From: Bilabrum cf. latius
Taxonomy: Eukaryota
Assembly: GCA_965178125.1 (NCBI GenBank)
Contig: OZ237748.1
Span: 744,001-808,000 of the forward strand
Direction of reading: 5' to 3'
DNA length: 64,000 bases
The notes under the pieces were generated by a model. It was not told where the DNA came from. It worked only from the letters and a program-made list of their open reading frames with translations, and ran no database searches. Numbering within the stretch: position 1 is the stretch's first letter; each line of letters begins with the position of its first letter. A program made the position numbers and the translations under genes. Shown here piece by piece: positions 1-9,848 of this stretch.

Positions 1-1
1 A

Positions 2-94
2 GATACTTTTGGAAACTTATACGAAATACCCTTTACTTTTGGACAAGGACTTAATATAAAAGCTCTATTTAAAAGTAAAAAGTTAATAACTTAA
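2..94 (+). CDS. 3' end of probable virophage minor capsid (penton) protein
   Basis: Frame from base 2 reads DTFGNLYEIPFTFGQGLNIKALFKSKKLIT-TAA, resembling the virophage penton C-terminus. It lies directly upstream of the MCP, the usual virophage gene order. Confidence 0.65.
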   Translation, partial: DTFGNLYEIPFTFGQGLNIKALFKSKKLIT

Positions 95-136
95 AGTAAA
101 AAATAAATAAATATCTTTAGTCTTAATATATTTATA

Positions 137-2023
137 ATGTCTGATATGGATAATGTACCTGTAGCAGCACAAAGCAAAGTCGTAGATGACGTCTCAGAAC
201 TACCAGTAACTCAAATAGCTGACGAAAAACTCAACTTTGTGGGTGATAGTCAAGCTATTACTCTAGGAACTACCCTTGGATACTCTTCCAAGTTCCAAAA
301 CCACTATGAACCAGATGGTGGTAACTCTAGCGCAACTAATGCATTTAGAAGTAATTACACTTTTGTCGTGCCATCAAATCAAGGAATGACTGACAGTAAT
401 CCCCGTCTAAGAGTTTCATTTGACGTATACATCTATGATAGTTAGAACAATGGAGCAGTAGCTCAAACTGATATCGTCAATAAGGTAGCCCCTTCTACAT
501 TTATGGTAAATTCAATGATCACAAGTTCCACAGTTAAAATGGGAGACTTATCTCGTAGTTCATCACCTTATCAATTAGTCAATTTAATAGCTAGAAGTCT
601 TGACCGTGCCACTCTAGCACAAATAAGTCCTGTCTTTTAGGCTGATAACACTTGGGAATTTAATACTGCCGCAAATGGTCTTGCTAAGTCTGTCCTTCAA
701 TGGGGTGTAAATGATGATAGTATTATGGAAGCTCGCGGTCCTGGTAAGAATTACCGCGCAACACTTGAAAAAGTGGATGCTAATACTCCAATACCTAATA
801 ATAATGTAACACCAACTCAAGACTATGTCAAATTACATATTGAAATCTCTGAAGCACTTCTTGCACGTCCTTTCCAATATATGATGGGTGGTAATGCTAG
901 ACCTTTTGTTGATCATCCACAATTAAATGTTAATTTACAAATGAGAAATAACTTAATTGATAAGATGTTTAATACTTCAAGTGATTGGAATGGAGACTAT
1001 GCTTTTGCTTTATCCGATTGCTAGATCCATTTTGATGTCTTTACTTATAATACTCATCTTAACTTCTTGAAGAAAGTACCTAAACAAATATTCTACAACT
1101 CTGTTGACTTTGAACTACATGAAGAGCCTAAACTTGATAATCCTATCACTACTAAAGGTGTCCATACTTTTAATAATTATCAACTTTAGACTTGCCCTTC
1201 TTGGTTTGCTGTGTGCTTAGTTGATTCTCAATATGGAGAAGCTAGTGGTACACCTCATAGAACACTTGCCATTAACAATATTAAAGTACAACTTAGGTCT
1301 TAGGGTTCTATTTTAGGAGAACTTACACAAGACGATATCTTTAGACTTAGTGAAAGAAATGGATCAAATAGTGAGTATGCTTCTTTTACTAACTTAGATG
1401 TAACTGTAGGAGGTGCTTCTAAAGTATACGGATCTAATGGCTGGCTCTTATTTAGACTTAGTGATTTAAATACTCCTGAAACTATTCAAAGCAACAGTGC
1501 TGACCCTATTAGTATTCGTGTTCAAGTAGCCTATGACGAACCCCCAACCGCTGCTATGTCTCAAGGATATAAAGCTCAATTATTCTGTGCCTATGACAAG
1601 ATTATCGTGAATACTAGAGGTGCCGCTATTGAATGGCGTGAAGATAGTGCTTCTGTTGACCCTGAGAAAGTGGCTAAACCTTCTAATTATACATTTTCTA
1701 ATATGAACTACTCTAAGAACGTATTAGGTGGAAGACGTCGTAAAGTGATGCAATTCTTTAAGAGAGCCTTTAACAAAGCTAAAGACTTAGGACGTAAAGT
1801 GGTAGACTTTGGAAAGAAAGCTAAAGCTAAATTTGATAAAGTGAAACCAGCTCTTCGTAAAGCAAGACAAGCAGTAAGTGAATACTTACCCGATGAAGTG
1901 AATGACCTAGCTGAACGTGTTGGAGCAGGTCTTTTAACTAGTGGTGGAAGTCTTTTGACCAGTGGAGGTAAGAAATTAACTAAGGCTCAACTTATGAAAC
2001 TTAGAAAGTAGCTCAATATGTGA
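137..2023 (+). CDS. Virophage major capsid protein (mavirus-like, 628 aa with TAG read as sense)
   Basis: ORFs 137, 725 and 1556 are in one frame, interrupted only by TAG (443, 638, 1022, 1187, 1301, 2009), and end at TGA 2021-2023. Motifs PRLRVSF, ARGPGKNY, PSWFAV, VLGG and GGKKLTKAQLMKLR match my recollection of mavirus MCP. Confidence 0.9.
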
Positions 2024-2074
2024 GTCGTAAATTATTAATTAATATTTAAAAGTTATAAATATTGACTAAATTTA

Positions 2075-2210
2075 AAAACTCAATACGGGTACGCGCCCAG
2101 AATTGCGAAAATATATCTTGAATAGCTATAATATTACCGCAATTTGGGGCGGTCATACCTTAAGACTAGTTTAAATATTACGCCAAAAAATATCCACTAT
2201 ATATATAGTT
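2075..2210 (+). repeat. Virophage ~135-bp hairpin/promoter repeat, full copy 1
   Basis: Core CGCCCAGAATTGCG...CCGCAATTTGGGGCG at 2094-2151, followed by ACTATATATATAGT just before ATG 2211. Confidence 0.9.
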
Positions 2211-2633
2211 ATGGCAGCAGTATCACCGTGTGAAGACTTACTTTATATGGAGTATTCATTCTTATTCTTACCACATAGAGAAGACCCAACACTTAAATCT
2301 CAAAAGGTTTACTTAGATGATGAACTTGAAGGAGATCCTGAAGACATTGTAATAGATAAAGATTAGATACAAGTAAATAATAGAGGTCATATAAAGACAT
2401 ATGTAAGTGAAGGAGGCTTTACAAAGTTAAAGGTAGGATAGATAATTGAAGAGATGGAGCAAGAGGTGCGTAATTAGAATGGTATTCATTATGATTGTAT
2501 TTTTTATCATAAAGTTGAACACGACACGAGCACAGATATTTATAAAGTAGTATGGGGGTGGTATCCAGCAGACTTTCCAACAAATGGATGCGACCCTGCT
2601 ATCTTGTATAAGAAACCCCCTAATATGGATTAA
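2211..2633 (+). CDS. Hypothetical virophage protein, 140 aa (3 in-frame TAG)
   Basis: MAAVSPCEDLLYMEY...KKPPNMD-TAA. Absent from the ORF track because of the TAGs. Exactly fills the space between repeat copies 1 and 2. Confidence 0.8.
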
Positions 2634-2638
2634 TTATT

Positions 2639-2775
2639 AAAAACTCAATACGGGTACGCGCCCAGAATTGCGGAAATATATCTTAAATAGCTATAATATT
2701 ACCGCAATTTCGGGCGGTCATATCTTAAGACTAGTTTAAATATTACGCCAAAAAATATTTACTATATATATAGTA
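2639..2775 (+). repeat. Virophage ~135-bp hairpin/promoter repeat, full copy 2
   Basis: Near-identical to 2075-2210; core 2659-2716; abuts ATG 2776. Confidence 0.9.
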
Positions 2776-3165
2776 ATGTCAGATAAAGTAGATTTAAAAA
2801 TATCGTTTTCTCAAAGTCTTGTATCAAGTGTAAACCTTGATTGGGATGGAATAGGTAAGATGTTATGTGGAAAAATCACAAGTAAGATAGAAGGAAATGA
2901 GATAGTGTTAAGACAAATAGGTCAACCGACTCCAAAAGATGGAATGATGGAGTTCTCATACACGACCGACTATAAAGCAAATCAAGTTTTTGAATTACTT
3001 AAAGACTTAACTGATGAAAGACAAGACGCGATTATGGGATACGTTCATTGTAAGTTAAGTGATAGCAACAGGAAAAGAAGACCATTAACTGAAGAAGATC
3101 ACAGACAAATGATTCTGGATGCTATGGATAGGAGTGTTAAAGAATATAAAAAACATATGTCATAA
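2776..3165 (+). CDS. Hypothetical virophage protein, 129 aa
   Basis: Clean ORF ending TAA. N-terminus MSDKVDLKISFSQ resembles MSDKEDIKIELSQ of 3719-4069. Confidence 0.8.
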   Translation: MSDKVDLKISFSQSLVSSVNLDWDGIGKMLCGKITSKIEGNEIVLRQIGQPTPKDGMMEFSYTTDYKANQVFELLKDLTDERQDAIMGYVHCKLSDSNRKRRPLTEEDHRQMILDAMDRSVKEYKKHMS

Positions 3166-3185
3166 TTAAGTCTTAATAATAAAGT

Positions 3186-3212
3186 CTTAATATTAAAGTT
3201 ATTAATATTAAG
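3186..3212 (+). terminator. Perfect AT-rich hairpin just after a stop codon (putative 3'-end signal)
   Basis: CTTAATATTAA-agtta-TTAATATTAAG, an 11-bp stem, 20 nt after TAA 3165. Confidence 0.45.
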
Positions 3213-3468
3213 TCATATCTATGTAATAAAAAAAAATTTCTTTGAGCTAGTAATTATACCGATGGTTTGACTACTTGGCGAAGTCATTCGTAAGTCATTG
3301 TTGTAGCGGAGATGCGAATGTCAACCATGGACCGCTATCCCTATTAAGTCTTACGACTAAGTCTGCTACAACCACTTACGACTACTTCTACAGTATCCAA
3401 ACTCCCTTCAAAGACTTGCAAGACGTGTGCTTTGTCATGAAAATGACTTACAGAACGACTTACGGCGA

Positions 3469-3540
3469 TGTCAGTGGTGGGAATCGAACCCACGACCTTG
3501 ACTTTGTGAAACAATCACGATATCACTAGACCAAGACCAC
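3469..3540 (-). ncRNA. tRNA-like element with A/B-box motifs; not a canonical tRNA
   Basis: The minus strand has A-box-like TGGTCTAGTG, variable loop AGGTC and a perfect T-arm GTGGG-TTCGATT-CCCAC. Acceptor and D stems pair poorly and the anticodon is ambiguous. Confidence 0.55.
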
Positions 3541-3582
3541 AACGCACCAAGAGGTAAAAAATATTATATTCAAATAAATTTA

Positions 3583-3718
3583 AAAATTCAATACACCTAC
3601 GCGCCCAGAATTGCGGAAATATATCTTAAATAGCTATAATATTACCGCAATTTCGGGCGGTCATATCTTAAGACTAGTTTATTACTTTCGCCAAAAAATA
3701 TCCACTATATATATAGTA
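3583..3718 (+). repeat. Virophage ~135-bp hairpin/promoter repeat, full copy 3
   Basis: Core 3602-3659; ends ACTATATATATAGTA before ATG 3719. Confidence 0.9.
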
Positions 3719-4069
3719 ATGTCAGATAAAGAAGATATCAAAATTGAACTATCTCAAAATTTTATAGATGAATGTCTTGTTAAAGGTGTAGGTGTCGATG
3801 ATGTAGTCAGTAGTATAGGTAAAAGTATTGAGAATCACTTTGATAAATATGTATGGATGAAACCAAAAGACAAAGGTGATGGTTATCGTTAGAATGTCTT
3901 TAGTTTTAAATTCGACAATATTATCAAGAAACTCGAAAGTACATTGGAACAGTTAGAATATGAAGAGCAAGTGAAACACGTCTAGGAGCTGATGTATCGT
4001 GTTGAAAGAAGTGAATGTGAAAGGAAGAAGAGAGAAGAAAAAATTAAAAAGACAAAAAGAGACCACTAA
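3719..4069 (+). CDS. Hypothetical virophage protein, 116 aa (2 in-frame TAG), likely paralog of 2776-3165
   Basis: ATG 3719, TAG at 3890 and 3983, TAA 4067-4069. Confidence 0.8.
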
Positions 4070-4131
4070 GTCATTTTATATAAGGTATGTATTATTAAGT
4101 CTTATTAAGTTTTTTATTAATAAGTCATAAT

Positions 4132-6930
4132 TTAATTTTGTTGTTCTAGTGGATCATTATCCTCATCAACAAATAAAGCGGGGTCCAAGTCAACCTCTAT
4201 CTCTTCATCGGGTAATTGAACCTCTTCATCATCAACAAATATATCTACTTCACGAGTCTTTTTCTTGTTAGACCAGATATATTCCATCTCATCGATAATA
4301 TCCTAGTTAAATTCTACATCGTAATTAATTTTCTTTTTCTTACAAGTCATAAATATGTCTTTCCCAAACATTGATTTATATACTTTAAGTATTTCGTAAT
4401 AAAGACCTTTATCAGTGGATAAGTCAACTTTACTTCTTCTTTGGCAGTCATACACTGTCCTATATTCATCTGTTAAGTCTTGGTCTAATACTTTCTTTTT
4501 GATATTATAATCAAGATTAGTTCTTTTAAGACCTAAAGTATCAATCATCTTATTAAGTAAGACTAATTTTCTAGAACTAGACTTAGCATTGATAATATCA
4601 AACTCGCCTTTATTAATTGCTTTCACAAGTAAGTGTTTATCATCTTGTCTAAAGAATTTATTGAAATTAAATAAATTAGATAACTTACCTTTATTAATAA
4701 AGTACTCTTTGTATTTGTCAATATCACCTTCATCTAAGTCTAAATATTTATTAATCTTCTTGACATTAAGACAATTAATATCAAAATTTTCAAGTTGTTT
4801 TTCTTTAATGGTATCTTTGATTTCTTTATCCTTACATCTGGTGATCTTAACAGATAAATCATAAGACACGTCATAACCGGTATCAATTAACTACTTGATC
4901 ATATGTAATTTAGGGTTTGTCTTATAACAATCTACCTTGTAAAGATAATTACGATATAGTTTCTTGAATATGATTTTAACTTTGCTCATTTCTTCTTCTA
5001 CTTTGTCTTCTACTTCTACCTCGTTGAAGTCGGGATATGTATCACTGACAAATTTAACTAATTCTTCGTAGTCTTTTAAAGAGGTAGCCATAAAAGATTT
5101 AACTTGTGAAAGACTTTCATATGTGCTAGATCGTCCTTTCTAGTAATCAAAAAATATAGTGATATGTGATGGGTTTCTACATCTGTTAAGCTATTGAACC
5201 ATTTGGGGAGGTGTGATAGTATGACCTTTGAAATAACCAAAGACTGGTCTAGTCATAGTGCTATCTATCCCGTAAATGACTTTAGGTGAGAAGATAATGA
5301 TATCAAACATATCCATATCATAGTCTTTGTCTTCGCTTTCTGCTGTAAGTATTAAGATTTTATTTAATTTCTTATCTTTCTCGTTATCTATAATTTTAAG
5401 ACTAATTAACTCATTGATTATATCAGCTTTTGTCTTACTATCACTAGCAAGCATAAATTTCTTGTGTTTCATTAACTCATCTCTAAAAGTCTGTTCGTCA
5501 TTAACAAATACAGTTTTGGTGCCCTTGAACCTGTTTCTGTCATTCCTAATATATTGATAATCTAATTTTAATAATTCTAAGAAATATAGAGCATCTTGAG
5601 ATAAGTCAGCATCTGCTACTATGAACTACTTACAAGTGGTAAGAGCACGAATAAGAGTAATGAAACTCATTGGTCGCCTACCATATAAAGTCGTAGAACT
5701 TAAACAGTGTTCTAAGATACTATTAAACTCATCTAAAAAGACAATATAATCCTTAAAGTTATAATTGCTAAGACTAACAATACTTTCAGGAGTAATAACA
5801 ATACTATCACCCTATTTGTATTTATGGTCTTGATAGAATTTAGTTGATTTTGGAAGACTACGCATCTATTGCTTACCTAATAAAATACGACTAACAACTG
5901 ATAAAAAGCTGTCATCTACTCTATTAAATAAATCATTAGCAGCAGTTGTCTTTCCAGAACCAGCCCCCGACTTAACGGCATAGTTGATACCTTTCTTAAA
6001 GAATTTAATATAACGACCTTTGTCGTCAGCAGTCAAATATCTACGGTCAATCTTCTAATTGACTTTCTTGACTACTTTATTCTTGAATATCTTGTATCGA
6101 TAATATAGGCTAAGTCGTTTCTTTTCACTATCTAACTAATTAAAGAACCATTCAACACATTGAAAAGTGGAATTTTCTAATAATCGAGTAAAAATTATCT
6201 TGTTCTTAGTCGACTAATAGCTTTCTACGTCTTGTTTGCTCCATTCATCAAATATATCATATACCTTATTACCATCTACTGGATTTAAGTATTTAGCGAT
6301 ATAACTTGTAGCTCTACAAACTAGATGCCAGTTATATGAATTAGAATAATACTCTTTACCTAATTGATATAAGTATTGTTTGTATTCTTCGGGTTTAATC
6401 ATATAACGGTAGTCTTCAGCTGTAAGTTGTGGTGAATAGATATTTTGTAGTATGAACATCTTGACGTCAGTTGGTATTCTTTTCACGGATGTCTTTTGTA
6501 TTAGTTCGTATTTCTTACCGTTGATAGAGCTAGGAGGACACATGATAAAGCTATCATTTGTGATCACATCTATATGTTCTTTTCTATTTACTGACCTCTT
6601 ACTAAACTCTTCTTCATACTTAAAATACAAATGATATCCATTGGGAGACTTGACAGTGTAAGTATTCATCTCTTGAATAAACTTATCAACACTACCATAT
6701 TCCGCAATAAACTTACCATTTTGAAATTCAGTTTTATTTTTCTCTTTTTCACAATCTAAGTCAAGGACAAAGAAACCTGCACGTCTTCCAGTAAGTAATC
6801 CAACATTAAGATTTGACTTTCTGGTGATAAGTTTAGTAGATTCCAAATTCTACCAAGACTTAATAAGTGGTTGTTTAGAGTTGTGAGCTATTGAGAAATA
6901 AACAGGGTTAGATATGTGTTCGGTCGTCAT
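4132..6930 (-). CDS. Prim-Pol primase fused to a UL9/origin-binding-like SF2 helicase, 932 aa
   Basis: One frame with 11 TAG and no TAA/TGA until 4132. Prim-Pol motifs KQPLIKSW, NVGLLTG..GFFVLDLD and KSPNGYHLYF. Helicase motifs KSGAGSGKTT, FLDEFNS, ADADLS, FSPKVIYGID and QMVQxLNRCR. Acidic tail. Confidence 0.88.
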
Positions 6931-6960
6931 TCTAGTATATACTATACTAAAGATAATTTT

Positions 6961-7173
6961 TTAAGTCATTTTCTAGACGCACTATTTTGGCTTAAAGGAT
7001 TGAGATGGATTTTCGCGCACAACTAGAGTATTTTTAAATTTTTCAATTTCTGCTGGGGATTTCCCGATTAGTAAATAACTTATAGTCTCTTGAAACTCTA
7101 TTGGTAAGTCTTGTAATTGATGTATTGGTTTATTGATAACTTGATTATTTGATTTGGTATCTATTAAATCCAT
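6961..7173 (-). CDS. Small hypothetical virophage protein, ~70 aa
   Basis: ORF 7173-6982 extends through two TAG to TAA at 6961. AT-rich leader containing TCTA. Confidence 0.55.
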
Positions 7174-7205
7174 TATTAATAATACTATAATAATAGAATA
7201 TATTT

Positions 7206-7415
7206 TTAAGTCTTATTTAATCCTTCTGTATCTGGTTCATCCTTAACCTGTTTTCTCTTCTAATAGTACCCCTTCCATTTCTCTTGATTCTTTTGGTAAT
7301 ATTTCTATTTAGCTTTTTTAATAGCTTCTTTCTTTTTGGTCTCCTATTCCTTGAGTCTTTGATAATCTTCCATAATGTCTTGAACCTATTTTAATACATC
7401 TTTAATATCTGGCAT
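7206..7415 (-). CDS. Small basic helical virophage protein, 69 aa (4 in-frame TAG)
   Basis: MPDIKDVLKxVQDIMEDYQRLKExETKKKEAIKKAKxKYYQKNQEKWKGYYxKRKQ...-TAA; leader contains TATCTAG. Confidence 0.7.
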
Positions 7416-7504
7416 TACTATAGTAATATACTAGATAAATCTTTAAGTTTTTAAAACTAGAAAATGACTTAAAATAAGTGGTATGAGTTAGTGAATATGT
7501 AAAA

Positions 7505-8690
7505 TTGAATACGGGTGAGCGCCCAGAATTGCAAACATAATTTTCTTGATACTTATATATTTCCGCAATTTGGGGCGGTCATATCTGGAGATACAATTTG
7601 GGGCGGTCATATTTATTATTAGTTATTTTAAAATATCTCGTCAAGTGGTTAAGTCTTTTTGTGATATCCCGTTAAGTGGTCAATAAAATGAACGGTAAGT
7701 CAAAAAAATTAATCAAAATAAAGAAGTAGTTGATTATTAATTATTGAAGACACCTACGCGCCCAGAATTGCGACAATATCTCTTAATATCCTAATATATT
7801 TCCGCAATTTCGGGCCGTCATTTCTGGACATTTAATATAGCACATACTAGAAATATCTTTATTACAAAATTACACCTCTATAAGATAACTATGTCAAAAT
7901 TAACAAAATATAAAACTCAATACACCTACGCGCCCAGAATTGCGACAATATATCTTAATATCCTAATATATTACCGCAATTTCGGGCGCTAGTATTATAC
8001 TATACCATATTTTATTATCCTATATTTTCCATTTAATCTAGTGATTAATCATTTCAAAGTAATACACTTGACATAAACCAGTTCATTGAGTCATTTTAAA
8101 GTCATCGTCAAAACATTTATCATTTTTAAGTTATCCCGCTTTGTATTCCTTTATATCATATACTCAAACAAAGGACTTTAACATATTTAAAGAATTATGA
8201 AAAATAAAAATCAATACACCTACGCGCCCAGAATTGCAGAAATATATCTTGAATAGCTATAATATTACCGCAATTTCGGGCGATAGATAAAAGAATGTAT
8301 TTTTAAGGGGATACCCTTATATTTGAAGTTTTGAAGAGATGACATATAAAAGACTTTATAAAGTGATTAATATCTCCTTCTAGTTATATTTAAATATTCA
8401 ATTATTTAAGTATAGATTGACAAGTAATAAAAAAAGAGATAAATTAAGTTGATATATTAGTTTAGTTTTATTTATTAATTTAAATTTTTCATTGGAAGTA
8501 TTAAAAAGACTTTAATACTTCTGTCAATCTCTTTAAGTATTTATTTAGTTATTTTCTAAAGTGGTAAATGTCAATTGATACTTAAAACCAAATCATAATA
8601 TAAAACTCAATACACCTACGCGCCCAGAATTGCGAACATATATTCTTAAATGACTATATATTTCCGCAATTTCGGGCGGGCATATCCTAA
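7505..8690 (+). repeat. Five further copies of the 58-bp hairpin core in the non-coding terminal arm (probable TIR region)
   Basis: Cores start at ~7520, 7759, 7931, 8225 and 8621, all in the same orientation, separated by unique AT-rich DNA. Confidence 0.88.
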
Positions 8691-8878
8691 GACTTAGGCT
8701 AGGGATTCACTCAACAGATTAAGTAAAGTAAAGGTCTAACAGATAGACATTAACGGCGCGAAGGTATTAAATTAGGTAGATATATGAATAAATAGCTATT
8801 AAATTATTATGTTCAAGTGAAGGACATTATGAAGGACTACGGCTTAAGATGTTGTGAAGTGGTTAATATTGACCTCTT

Positions 8879-8981
8879 ATGTTATCCGCCAAAATGTGTG
8901 TAGTTTTTATATAAGTAAACTCTATTTCTACTATATAGTAGAAATAGAGTTATCATAACTCCACATTTTGGCGGATAACAT
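8879..8981. repeat. Terminal nested palindrome at the virus/host junction
   Basis: Perfect 20-bp arms at 8879-8898 and 8962-8981 enclose a perfect 34-bp palindrome at 8918-8951. Confidence 0.9.
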
Positions 8982-9261
8982 GGGTGGAATGCAGAATCTC
9001 GCCTCTCTGGAGCTTGTCGCCCTCTGCCGGCTTTTTCCTCGCTACCAAGGCGCTGACGTCGCAGGAGTATTTGTGAATTTTGTCATAGTTGAGGTCGATT
9101 CCATCGCCGCTACTAGCGTGCCTGCTGCTGGCGTGGACCGAGGACGACGACGAGATAGAGCCAGCGCTGCGAAGGTGCTGCTGGCCTGTTGCTCGTCGCC
9201 CGTGCACACTGAGCGCCAAACATGCGGCAAGAGCCACCTGCACAGAAATGTATGATCGCAT
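8982..9261 (-). CDS. 5' part of a possible secreted host protein that runs into the virophage end
   Basis: MRSYISVQVALAACLALSVHG resembles a signal peptide. The ORF stops only inside viral DNA. Confidence 0.4.
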
Positions 9262-9848
9262 TCCTACAGATCTGAGGTTGATGCGACCGTAGTATCACTT
9301 CGCGATGCTGCAGTGCGCCGGCGAGGAGACACAGGCCTCGCGATGGGGCCCCGGAGGGGTAGGCGGGGGGGGTAAGGGGCTATACGGAGCAGTGTGGATC
9401 CTACGAGCGCGAGACCCCATATTATTTAGATGCTTTTGGCGATATTTATGACTAATAAGGTTGGATTCGTTGTTGTTGAAAGGACAGTCACAATTATGTG
9501 GGACCTGTGATACTCGAGGTACATTTTTGGCAAGTCGGTCAAAATGGGGTACAGGATTGGCATACAAACGACCAGGAGATAATTCAATTAACGATAAAGC
9601 GGATAGTACGAGCCAGGAGGTGTCTAATGGTGCTGCAGATCAACCTGGAGCGGGCAGTGGCGCTGGTCTAGCAATTTGAGGTAGCAACGATTTGCAGCCG
9701 AAACTCAGATTTTCTGGGCATTGCAAACATATTACAGCAGTATTTGAAATCAAGTAAATGGTACGAATCTGTAGAATTATTGTTGAATGGATGCATACTG
9801 GGCGAAAACAGAGGGGGGGTCGCTCTTGAGCCGCCCACCCCCGGGACT

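Larger units (their letters stand above)
1..8981. mobile_element. Endogenous mavirus-like virophage (EMALE-like), right-hand part; left end lies outside the window
   Basis: AT-rich, intronless block with an abrupt switch to GC-richer host DNA at ~8982. Encodes a penton C-terminus followed by a mavirus-type MCP and a primase-helicase. Ends in a repeat-rich non-coding arm and a palindrome. Confidence 0.9.

Noticed and set aside
3469-3540. Amber-suppressor tRNA explaining the recoding
   Set aside because: No CTA anticodon and the acceptor stem does not pair.
3611-3718. N-terminal extension of ORF 3611-3892
   Set aside because: It is the non-coding repeat read from a TTG; the likely start is ATG 3719.
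137-6930. Viral genes as nonsense-riddled pseudogenes
   Set aside because: All interruptions are TAG, with no frameshifts and no internal TAA/TGA; this does not fit random decay.
2075-8690. CRISPR array from the repeated palindromes
   Set aside because: Repeats are 58-135 bp, spacing is irregular (~170-940 bp), some spacers are genes, no cas genes are present and the context is eukaryotic.
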